Source of the DNA: Callorhinchus milii
Lineage: Eukaryota
DNA: 64,000 bases
Reading direction: 5' to 3'
Assembly (NCBI RefSeq): GCF_018977255.1
Contig: NW_024704742.1
Location: 72,046,001 to 72,110,000 of the forward strand
In this document: positions 50,511 through 61,378 of the stretch, piece after piece
Layout of the letters: each line of letters begins with the position of its first letter
How positions within the stretch are numbered: the stretch's first letter is position 1
Program-made: the position numbers and the translations under genes
The notes under the pieces: model-generated
What the model was told of the DNA's origin: nothing
The model's input: only the letters and a program-made list of their open reading frames with translations
Database searches by the model: none

Positions 50511-51039
50511 GTACTCTAATTAATGTAAGTTGTTGTTGTGGGTTCCAACCAACGTCAAAGACTCACAGTCCAGGCTGACGCTCCAGTGCAGTGCTGCATT
50601 ATCGAAGACACCGTTCTTAGGATGAAAAGTTAAACGATCTCCTGTCTGTGCCTGTTCAGGTGGACGTTAAAATTCCCGTGGTGTTATTGGAAACAAGAAG
50701 AGAGTTTCTCTCATCTGTGTCCCGCCTGACAATCCCCCCAGACAAATTGGCTCGCTCACTTCGTGGCTGTTTGTGGGACATCACTGTGTGCAAATTGGCT
50801 GATGAGTTTCTTTACAATGTACACTGTCACTACACTTTACAGTGAATCCTGTGAAGTGCTTTGATGTAATACGGCACTGTATCAAATGCACGGATTATTA
50901 TTATATTTTGCCCACAAAATACACAGTCAATCCACTTGAGACGTCTCAATGAGGTGCTAAGATGCTACATCAAATGGACGGATGATTATTATTATTGTTA
51001 TGTGGGTGTGAGATTCATTCTCTCGCTCACTCTCTAGTT

Positions 51040-54000
51040 ACAAGTCGGAAGCAGAGGTAGGAGAGCGGGGGGCAGAGCTGAGGCCTAGCTGCGTATAAAA
51101 GCACAGCCAGGTGAGGAGCCACTCAGTCGGGAGTGGAGGTGGGAGAGCGCGGGGCGGGAGGTAGTGACGGGGTGGCGCGATTCACAAAGTGACGTCGGTG
51201 TGACGTCACAGTTAAAATTTTTTTTTTTAAATAAACAGTAACAACAACAATGTCCTGGCCCCTGGCACAGCCATCCCGGCCATGACCTGGGAGGCTGAGC
51301 CTACGGGCTGATGTCGTCCCACTTGATCACTCGCTCCCGGTCTCTGCATGCGCATTTTGGCTGCCACCCCGACCCGAGCCTCCCCCTCCACTCCAAATGT
51401 CTCTCCTCCCGCCCCCTTCTATGTCTCTCCTCCCACCTGCCCCTATGCCTCTCCTCCCACTCCCCTCTATCCGCTACTCCCCCTCTGTCCTTCTCTCCCA
51501 CCGCCCTCCCCGCCTTCTCTCTCTCCTCGACCCCATCACCACTTCCCTCTGCTCCAGCCTGGGCATCCTACGCCGGGCCCATCATGGCTCCAGGCACTTG
51601 CTGTCCCGGAGCAGCAACCCCAAGTGTCCAATCATTCACTCCCTCCACACAAACCACCTTAAGGCAAACCCAACTTCCCCCTCCCTCATAAGTACCCTTC
51701 CCAACTCTCCACTCACACCACTCTCCACAACCATCTCTCCTGTACACCCCAAAATCCTCTCCGCATCACTCTCTCCTCCCTCCCCTCCCTCCAGCAAACC
51801 CACCCGCATTTCCCTCCAAAACGTCCGTTCCCTCTCAAATAAAGCCCTCACCATCCACGACCTCATTCTGGACGAGCACCTTGACATTCTTTGGCTCATC
51901 GAAACCTGGCTCTCCCTCAATGACCCCATCCCCTCCTCTCCAGGCTACACCTTCCACCACACCACCACACCCCCCGTCCAAACCAAAGTGGCGGTGGGGT
52001 GGCCTTCATTTCCAAAGCCTCCCTTGGTCTTACCCTCTACTCCTCTGGCTGCTTCCCCTCCTTCGAGCACCTCACCCTCTTCCACCCCTCTCTCCCATTG
52101 AAAATCCTCCTTGTCTACCGCCCCCCCAAGCCCCTCGGCTCCTTCCACACAAATGTCTCTACTCTCCTCTCTTTCCTGTCCCTCTGCTCCGAGCACCTAA
52201 ACTCCCCTTGCACTACTTCTGCTGACTTCACTGCTCTCCTCCCCTCCCTAAACCTCACCCTTCATATAAATTCACCCACCCACAACCGTGGTCATGCCCT
52301 TGACCTCGTTATCACCCATGGCCTTGACATTTCCGACCTCAGCATAGTGGACAAGGCCATCTCGGACCACTTCCTCATCTTCTTCTCCTCCCACATCCCT
52401 CTCTCCTCCACCAAGCTCTCAACCATCCTCTACCACCCTTGGAAAAGGCTAGCCCCTGAGACCCTCACAAAGGCCCTCGCATCATCAAACATCCTATCCC
52501 TTTGGCCTTCCACCCGCAGAGATCCTGAAGCAGCCGTCCAACTGCTCCATGATCACCTCTCCTCCACCTTCAAATCCCTCGTCCCCCTGAAATCCAGGAC
52601 CATCTCCAAACTCACTCAATCCCCCTGGTACAACAACCATCTCCGCCGCCTAAAATCCCATACCCGGCTGCTCGAGTGCAGATGGCAGAAAACTGGCCTG
52701 ATAGTTATGGCTCGAGCATCACAGTTACCGCCGTTCCTTGACACGCGCAAAAACGGCCTTCTACTCCAACATCATCATGGAGCCTAAACACAACCCTAAA
52801 ATCCTTTTTTCCACCACCCACTACCTCCTCCGTTCCCCCCCTCAGGCCTCCTCAATCTTCGTATCAAATGCCAAGTGCGAGGAGGTCGTGGACTTTTCAT
52901 CTAAAATTCACAACATCTGCCAGGCAGCCTCATCCACCTGCCCCTTGTCACCAACCATCAACCCCTCTCTGTCCCCCTCACCCTCCCCATCATTTGCTCC
53001 TACCACCACCCCCATCCTCATTCCTTCCTCCCCATTTCTCCCTCCTCCCTCTCACCCACCATCACCTCCATGAAACCCAGCACCTGCTGCCTCGACTCCC
53101 TCCCCACCAACTTGCTGGTCACCCAGCTCCCCCTCCTCTGCCCACTACTGGCTGACGTCATCAACCAGTCCCTCTCCTCTGGATCAGTCCCTGCCCTCCT
53201 CAAAACTGCTGTCATCACCCCCCTCCTCAAGAAACCTTTCCTCAAATCCCAGCCATTACCAATGCCCCATTTCTAATCTGCCCTTCCTCGCAAAAGTTCT
53301 AGAACGTGTTGTTGTCAATCAACTCCGCGCTCACCTCTCCTCCCACTCCCTCTTCGAGGCCCTCCAGTCCGGTTTCCGCCCACAGTACAGAGACTGGACT
53401 TGTGAAAGTCACAAACAACATCCTCTCTATCTGTGACCAGGGCTCCCTCTGCCTCCTCCTCCTGGATCTCTCTGCGGCGTTCGAACGCCTTTCCTCTGTC
53501 ATCCACCTCAGTGGGACCACACTCGCCTAGTTCAAGTACTACCTCACAAATCGCCAGCAGTACATCTGCACAAACAGCTTCTCCTCCCGCTCTCTCCCGG
53601 TTACCTGCGGGGTACCCCAAGGATCCATCCTTGGCCCCTCCTCTTTCTGATCTACATGCTCCCTCTTGGGGATGTCATCCGCAGACATGGGGTACACTTC
53701 CACATGTACGGGGACAACACCCATCTCTATTTTTCCACCTCTCTTTGCGACCCCCAATCCCCCGATGTTCTGTCAGCCTGCCTCTCAGACCTCAGGCGCT
53801 GGATGAGCGCAATTTTCCTTCAGCTGAACGTTGACAAGATGGAAGCCACACTCTTTGGCTCTCGTCAACGTCTAAAATCTCATGGCTCTCATCTCCTCCA
53901 CCTACCCGACCTCCCCCTAAAACTCTCCGAACCCGTACGTAACCTAGGGTCAGGTTCGACCCCTAATTATCCTTCCTCCCCCACATCCGCTCCCTCTCCA

Positions 54001-54655
54001 ACACCGCTTTCTTCCACCTCCGACGCATGGCCCATCTCCACCAATACCTCACTCCAAAAGCCGCTGAAACCCTGGTCCATGCCTTTGTCACTTCTCGGCT
54101 GGCCTATTCTAACGTCCTCCTCCCTGGCCTCCCATCCACTACCATCCATAAAATCCAGATCATTCAAAACTCTGCCGCCCGTATTCTCACCCGCACCAAA
54201 CTCCGCTCCCCGATTACCCCAGTCCTTGCCAGACTGCACTGGCTGCCTGTCCCAGAGAGGAACGACTTCAAGATCCTCACCCTTGTATTCAGATCCCTCC
54301 ATTCCTCTGCACCCCCCTACCTCTCTGATCTCCTCTCTCCACAAAACAGTATCCGCTGCCTTCGTTCCTCCGGGTCTGGCCTCCTCCTCGCCCTCCGAGT
54401 CCTCCGCTCTGCCCTCGGCGGCCGTGCCTTCAGCCACTATGCCCCGAGGCTCTGGAATTCCTTCCTCACTCTCTTTGTCTCGTTCCCTCCCTTCCCATTT
54501 TCAGGTCTCGGCTGAAGACCTTTCTTTTCGACTGCGCCTTTGGTCACCTTCCTCCCCCTCCCCCTGGCTCTGCCCCGGGATCCGTTACTGTAAAGTGCTC
54601 CGAGACGCCGTCAGGAGTGGAGGGCGCTATAAAAATCCAAGCTGTTGTTGTTGTT
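51040..54655 (+). mobile_element. Apparently full-length L2-clade LINE (subfamily A), single degenerate EN+RT ORF
   Basis: GC-rich 5' region, ATG 51250, AP-endonuclease motifs (LQNVRSL, ETWL, SDH), RT motifs (LDLSAAF, HMYGD from YADD), L2 C-terminus (LHWLPV), (TTG)n tail; frameshifted. Confidence 0.9.
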
Positions 54656-55017
54656 ACAAACCTACAATCTTTTCCCTTCAACTCCTCAATGAGCAAGTTC
54701 TCAAATTGATACAATAACGTTGAATTGATATAATAAACTTTTTTTTGGTCAAACGCTGATTAGTGTGAGGTTACTGGTGGATTTAGCTTGACGGGAAGTG
54801 AATGGGTGTCCCACAATCAGACACTTTTGACTTTCCTGTCATGGTCATCTTGTCCTGAGCCTGGCAGGTCGATAATACTCCAGGGCACCTCTGATGACAG
54901 CCCAGCCCATCGACAGGACCTGGAAGGGCAGACCAGTCACTGAGGGCAGGGAGTCATACCACGCAGCTTCTGTTAACCCTGCAAACCAAAGTCTTAATGG
55001 GTAGGGTGGTCCTAGCT

Positions 55018-55936
55018 GGGCTGTGCTCACACTCAGTGTGTGTGTGGGAGGGCTGTGCTCACACTCAGTGTGTGTGTGGGAGGGCTGTGCTCACACTCAG
55101 TGTGTGTGTGGGAGGGCTGTGCTCACACTCAGTGTGTGTGTGGGAGGGCTGTGCTCACACTCAGTGTGTGTGTGGGAGGGCTGTGCTCACACTCAGTGTG
55201 TGTGTGGGAGGGCTGTGCTCACACTCAGTGTGTGTGTGGGAGGGCTGTGCTCACACTCAGTGTGTGTGTGGGAGGGCTGTGCTCACACTCAGTGTGTGTG
55301 TGGGAGGATAGTGTCCACACTCAGTGAGTGTGGGAGGGCAGTGCTCACACTCAGTGTGTGTGGGAGGGCTGTGCTCACACTGTGTGTGGGAGGGCTGTGC
55401 TCACACTCTGTGTGTGGAAGGGCAGTGCTCACACTCAGTGTGTGTGTGGGAGGGCTGTGCTCACACTCAGTGTGAGTGTGGGAGGGCAGTGCTCACACTC
55501 AGTGTGTGTGGGAGGGCAGTGCTCACACTCAGTGTGTGTGGGAGGGCTGTGCTCACACTCAGTGTGTGTGTGGGAGGGCTGTGCTCACACTCAGTGTGTG
55601 TGGGAGGGCAGTGCTCACACTCAGTGTGTGTGGGAGGGCAGTGCTCACACTCAGTGTGAGTGTGGGAGGGCAGTGCTCACACTCAGTGTGTGTGGGAGGG
55701 CAGTGCTCACACTCAGTGTGTGTGGGAGGGCAGTGCTCACACTCAGTGTGTGTGTGGGAGGGCTGTGCTCACACTCAGTGTGTGTGTGGGAGGATAGTGT
55801 CCACACTCAGTGAGTGTGGGAGGGCAGTGCTCACACTCAGTGTGTGTGGGAGGGCTGTGCTCACACTCAGTGTGTGTGTGGGAGGGCTGTGCTCACACTC
55901 AGTGTGTGTGGGAGGGCAGTGCTCACACTCAGTGGG
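55018..55936. repeat. 30-32-bp minisatellite, roughly 29 units
   Basis: GGGAGGGC(T/A)GTGCTCACACTCAGTGTGTGT(GT). Confidence 0.95.
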
Positions 55937-56012
55937 AAGTTTTTGTCTGTTTCTTGTCTCTATAGTCCGTCTTTATCTCTGTTTCTGTGTGTGTGTGTGT
56001 GTGTGTTTACCT

Positions 56013-56026
56013 GTAGCCATGGAGAC
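56013..56026. promoter_or_regulatory. X-box-like (RFX) motif in the probable ANKRD53 promoter
   Basis: GTAGCC-AT-GGAGAC imperfect palindrome in the only unique island between minisatellites upstream of ANKRD53. Confidence 0.45.
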
Positions 56027-56189
56027 GGCAGGGATTGGGCACAGAGAGAGCTGATGGTCCGGGTTTGTTCCCGGAGTTAATGTGGACAAAGTCAGTGGCT
56101 TATTGGACAGTGAGAGAGATACAGACACCCCATCCTCCCCTCCCTCCCTCCCTCCCTCCCTCCCTCCCTCTGCCTGTCTGTCTGTCTGT

Positions 56190-56650
56190 CTGCCTCTCCT
56201 CACTCAATCTATCCCTCTCCCTCACTCTCTCTTCATTCAATCTGTCCCTCCCTCCCTCCCTCTCTCCCTCCCTCCCTCTCTCCCTCCCTTCACTCACTCT
56301 GTCTCTCCTCACTCAATCTATCCCTCTCCCTCACTCTCTCTTCATTCAATCTGTCCCTCCCTCCCTCCCTCTCTCCCTCCCTCCCTCTCTCCCTCCCTTC
56401 ACTCACTCTGTCTCTCCTCACTCAATCTATCCCTCTCCCTCACTCTCTCTTCATTCAATCTGTCCCTCCCTCCCTCCCTCTCTCCCTCCCTCCCTCTCTC
56501 CCTCCCTTCACTCACTCTGTCTCTCCTCACTCAATCTCAGTCTCTCTCCCTCACTCTCTCTTCATTCAATCTATCCCTCCCTCCCTCTCTCCCTCCCTCC
56601 CTCTCTCCCTCCCTTCACTCACTCTGTCTCTCCTCACTCAATCTCAGTCT
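56190..56650. repeat. ~108-bp pyrimidine-rich tandem repeat, ~4 units
   Basis: Recurring CTCTCCTCACTCAATCT and CTCTCTTCATTCAATCT. Confidence 0.9.
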
Positions 56651-56914
56651 GTGTGTATGTCACAAACCCTAACCCTCACCCTTACTCTCGCCCTCATTTT
56701 ATCTCTTCCTCAATCTGTCTGTCACTCTCTCTCTCTCACTCTCAGTCCCTCGCCCTCACTCACTTTGTCGCTCTCACTCAATTACACTCTTTCTCTCCCT
56801 CCCTCACTCAATCTTTCTCTCTCCTCACTCTCTCATTCTCTCCTCCCTCTCCCTCTCGCCTCACCCGCGAGTGTGGAGCTGGGGGCTGCTCTCTCTCACT
56901 CCCTCTCTCTCACT

Positions 56915-57410
56915 CCCTCCTCCAGACTATGGGTTGGGGTCTGCTCTCTCACTCCCTCTCTCTCTCTCCTTCAGACTATGGGTTGGGGTCTGCTCTCTCA
57001 TTCCCTCTCTCTCTCTCCTCCAGACTATGGGTTGGGGTCTGCTCTCTCACTCCCTCTCTCTCTCTCTCTCCTTCAGACTATGGGTTGGGGTCTGCTCTCT
57101 CATTCCCTCTCTCTCTCTCCTCCTGACTATGGGTTGGGGTCTGCTCTCTCACTCCCTCTCTCTCTCTCTCTCCTTCAGACTATGGGTTGGGGTCTGCTCT
57201 CTCATTCCCTCTCTCTCTCTCCTCCAGACTATGGGTTGGGGTCTGCTCTCTCACTCCCCCTCTCTCCTCCAGACTATGGGTTGGGGTCTGCTCTCTCACT
57301 CCCTCTCTCTCTCTCCTCCAGACTATGGGTTGGGGTCTGCTCTCTCACTCCCTCTCTCCCTCTCCCCCAGGCTATGGGATGGGGGCTATTCTCTCTCACT
57401 CCCTCAGAAT
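56915..57410. repeat. ~45-50-bp tandem repeat, ~10 units
   Basis: CAGACTATGGGTTGGGGTCTGCTCTCTCA + (CT)n. Confidence 0.9.
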
Positions 57411-57468
57411 GGGGGCTGGGGGCTGCTTTCCCTTACTCACTCATTCTCTCTCCCCCACAGGCTGTAGG

Positions 57469-57612
57469 ATGGGGATGGCAACCAGGATGATGAAGCCATG
57501 GATGGGACTGAAGGTTCACCAGGATGAGCTGATGGCGGCCAGTATCGGGGACCTGACTTGGCTCCGGCTCAGCTTAAACAAGAACAAGGGCAACCTGGCC
57601 ACGGACCAGGCT
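57469..57612 (+). CDS. ANKRD53: ANKRD53 first coding exon (exon begins 57461)
   Basis: ctcccccacAG acceptor; ELMAASIGDLTWLRLSLN resembles human ELFAAAVGNVEWLRFCLN; donor gtgagt. Confidence 0.85.
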
Positions 57613-60600
57613 GTGAGTGTGATAACAAAAATAAATTACATTTGTATAGTACCCTTCACATCGGAAAGACGTCTCAGGGCATTGGACAATCAGAGGTTTT
57701 GGTTCCAAGCTGGGAGTTGGGGTTAGAGGAGAGGAGAGCAGGGTGTGTGGGGTTGGGAGGGTGACCGAAGGCATGGTCGATGAGGAAAGGCTCAGATGGG
57801 CCTTGAAGGAGACAAGGTAGAGGGTGAGGCGGAGGGATTGAGGGATAGAGTTCCAGAGTGTGGGGGCAAAGATGCTGAAAGCCCAACCACCAATGGTGGG
57901 ATGGGAAGTGCGGGGGACCTGAATCAGGCCAAGCGGAGGGAGTGGACAGGCTGATATGGGGTTATGAGGTAGGAGAGTTAGGGGGAGCAAGACCATGGAG
58001 GGCCTTGAAGGTAAGAACAAGGGTTTTGTACTTGATTCTCTGAGGAATAGAGAGCCAGTGAAGCCGGGCAAGAATTAGGGTGATAGGTTCCCGGAGCCTG
58101 GTGCGGGAGAGGACACGAGCTGCAGAGTTCTGAATAATCTGCAGTTTGTGGAGGGAAGAATTGGGAAGTCCAGTGAGCAGACAGTTGGTGTAATCAAGCA
58201 TGGATCAGGGTCTCGACAGCCTGTGGTGAGATGCGATGGCGGAGGTAGACAATGTTGCAGAGATGAGGAAAGTTGGAACGGGTCATGGCACAAATGTGGG
58301 GTTTGACAGTGCGTATGTGTGTGTGACTGTGTGTGTGACAGTGTCTGTATGTGTCTGTGTGTGTGTGACAGGCCACAGACCAGCATGTGAATCCAGAACT
58401 GTGGAGGAGTAAAGGGATTTGGATGTCCACGTACACAAATCACTAAAAACAAGCTCACAGGTACAAAACTTAAGGCTAATAGGATGTTGGCCTTTATTTC
58501 ACAGGGGCCTGAATATAAATGAGAACAAATTGTGCTTCAACTATATAGAGCCTTAGTCAGACCCTATCTGGAGTACTGAGTTCAGTTTTGGGCAGTTTTC
58601 CTCTGGTGGAGGAGTCTAGTACAAGGGACATCATCTTAAAATTAGAGTTAAGCTTCAGGAGTGAAATCAATAGGCAGTTTTTCACCCAAAGTGTAGTGAA
58701 AATCTGGAACTCTCTTCCCCAAAAGGTTGTGGATGCTGGATCAATTCATATTTTCAAGACTGAGGTGGATAGATTTTTGTTAGATCAGGATGTCAAACAA
58801 TATGGGGCAAAGGCGTGTAAATGGAGTTGAGGTACAGGTCAGCCATGATGTAGTAAAATGGTGCAACAGGCTGAAGGAGCTGAATGTCCTACTCCTGCTC
58901 CTATGTTTCCACGTGTGTGTGTGTGAGACACAGCCAGACAGAGTGATCAGTACGTGAGTCATTGACAGGGAAGGAATGTGTGTGTGTCTGTGTGCGAGTG
59001 ACACTCTGTGTGTGTCTCTCTGTGTCAGGCTCACACAGTGAGTGACGGACACTCTCTGTGTCTTTGTATGTCAGGGCCACACAGGGACTAACACCAACTC
59101 TCTCTGTGTCAGGGCCACACGGCGCTCCACATGGCGGCCCTGCACAGCCGGCTGGACTCGCTGCGGGTACTGGTGGAGGAGTTTAACATGGACGTGAACC
59201 AGGCCAGTGTTGAGGGCTGGCGGCCGATACACATGGTCATCAGCAAAGGCCATCAGATCCGGGGTCTCCAGTGCCTCAAGTACCTGCTCAGCCACGGCGC
59301 CCAAACCGATGTGTAGGTCACAGGTTACCGTGAGGTGGGGGGGTGCACAGGGACAGCCCAATCTCTAGTCACCCCTGTCTGACATTGAATCCTGGACGAG
59401 AGACAACTTTCTTCAGCTCAATGTGCACAAAACTGAGGCCCTCCTGATTGGCTCACGTCAGCGCCTCCGCACCTCAGGTGCTGACAGCATCAGCATCCAA
59501 GGCTGCACTCTCCACCTCTCAAAGCCATCAGGAACCTCGGGGTTCTGTTCGACCCTGAGCTGTCCTTCCTTCCTCATATCTGCGCCACAACTGGCACCGC
59601 CTTCCATCACCTCCGAAACATTGCCAGACTACGGCACTACCTCACCCCTCACGCTGCTGAAACTCTGGTCCATGCCTTTATCACCTCAAGGCTGGACTAT
59701 GGGAACTCTCTCCTCGCCTGCCTTCCCGGCACCTCCCTCCACACTGCAGGTCATTCAGAACTCTGCAGCTCGTGTACTCTCCCGCACCAGGCTTCGCGAC
59801 CACATCACTCCCACCCTCGCTCGCCTCCACTGGCTCCCCATCCCCCAGAGGATCGAATTCAAGATCCTCACCCTCACCTACAAGGCCATTCACGGCCTCG
59901 CTCCCTCCTACCTCTCCGACCTACTAACCCCCTACTTACCTGCCGGTACCCTCCGTTCCTCAAGCTCCGGTCTGCTCCACATCCCCCGCCCTAACCGCCC
60001 TACCATCGGTGGCCGGGCCTTCAGCCTCTCAGCCCTGAGGCTCTGGAACTCCATCCCCCAGTGCCTTCGCCGCCTCCTCCCTTTCCTCCTTCAAGGCTGG
60101 TTTCAAGACCTTTCTCTTTGACCGTGCCTTCAGCTCCCCTCTCAACTCTCTACCCCCTCCTCGCTCCCTCCCCTAGTTAGTGGAGGCTCAAACCAACACT
60201 TGTCAAATGACCAGCTAGTGTCTATCTTCCTGTGTCTATCTTCCTCCGTTCCATGTTCCATGGCTCCAAGGTGACATGGAACATGGAACGGATTTTTAAA
60301 TCGAGCCCACCCTCTGTGACGGTCTCTAGTCCAGTTCCTGAGCCAGGCGGGTCCGCAGTATTCCGGGGCACTGCTGATGACAGCACAGCCCAGCCTGGCT
60401 CATTGGCAGGACCTGGAAGGGCAGACCAGTCACTGGGGGCAAGGAATCCTCCCACTCAGCTCCTGTTAATCCTGCAAGCCAAAGCCCTAATGGGTAGGGT
60501 GGTCCTAGCAGGACAAGTGCGGTTTTGGATCCTCACCAGGTGAATGGTAGGTAATGGTTGGAAGCATTGACTGGGGGCAGGGTCTTTGACGCTGACGACT

Positions 60601-61347
60601 GACGTCTCCCCCCCATCCCCGAGACAGGCAGACGACCAGTGGGATGACCGCGCTCCACATGGCAGCTAACGAGGGGCTGCTGCACTATCTAATGACCCTG
60701 ATCGAGGCCGGAGCCAATGTCAACATCGAGGACAACAGCGACCACAAGCCCATCGACAAAGCCAAGATCTGGGGTCGCCGTAGGTGTGCCAAGTGAGTCA
60801 TCCCAGCAGAGCCCAGCTCAGCTCAGCCCAGCTCACCTTAGCTCACCCCAGCACAGCTCAGCTCACCCCACCCTCAGCACACCCCAGCACAGATCACCAG
60901 CCCATTCCAGCCCCAGACCAGTACAGCCCAGCCCAGTCCCCAGCACAGCAAAGCCTCAGCTCCCAGCGCAACCCAACCTAGCTGTGCGTCTCAAGCGGTT
61001 TCTGTGTGGTGTTGTGTCTCAGTCGGTGCTGTGTTGGCAGGTATCTCGCCAGCGTGATGTGGGAGAGTAACGCCAATGACATTGTGAAAGAAATGAACAA
61101 ACTGGAGAAGATGAAGCCTTTGATGCTGGTGGAAGAAAAGTACATGAATGACATGGAAGAGGTGAGGTCTGGTAGGGAGCCGGGGAGAAGGAGGAGGGGG
61201 CTAGAACACTGGGCATTATTCCCTTCTCCATTCCCAATAGCTAGTTTCCGAGATCAGCCCAGCCTAGCCTAGGGTAGCCCCCAGCCAAGCACAGCCTAGC
61301 CCAGCACAGCACAGCCTGGCCAGGCAAGGCTGGAGCTCAGGGCTGGA

Positions 61348-61378
<31 letters not shown>

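Noticed and set aside
54997..57490. Long ORFs and a CRISPR-like regular array
   Set aside because: Pure tandem minisatellites without unique spacers, in eukaryotic DNA; the ORFs are repeat artefacts.
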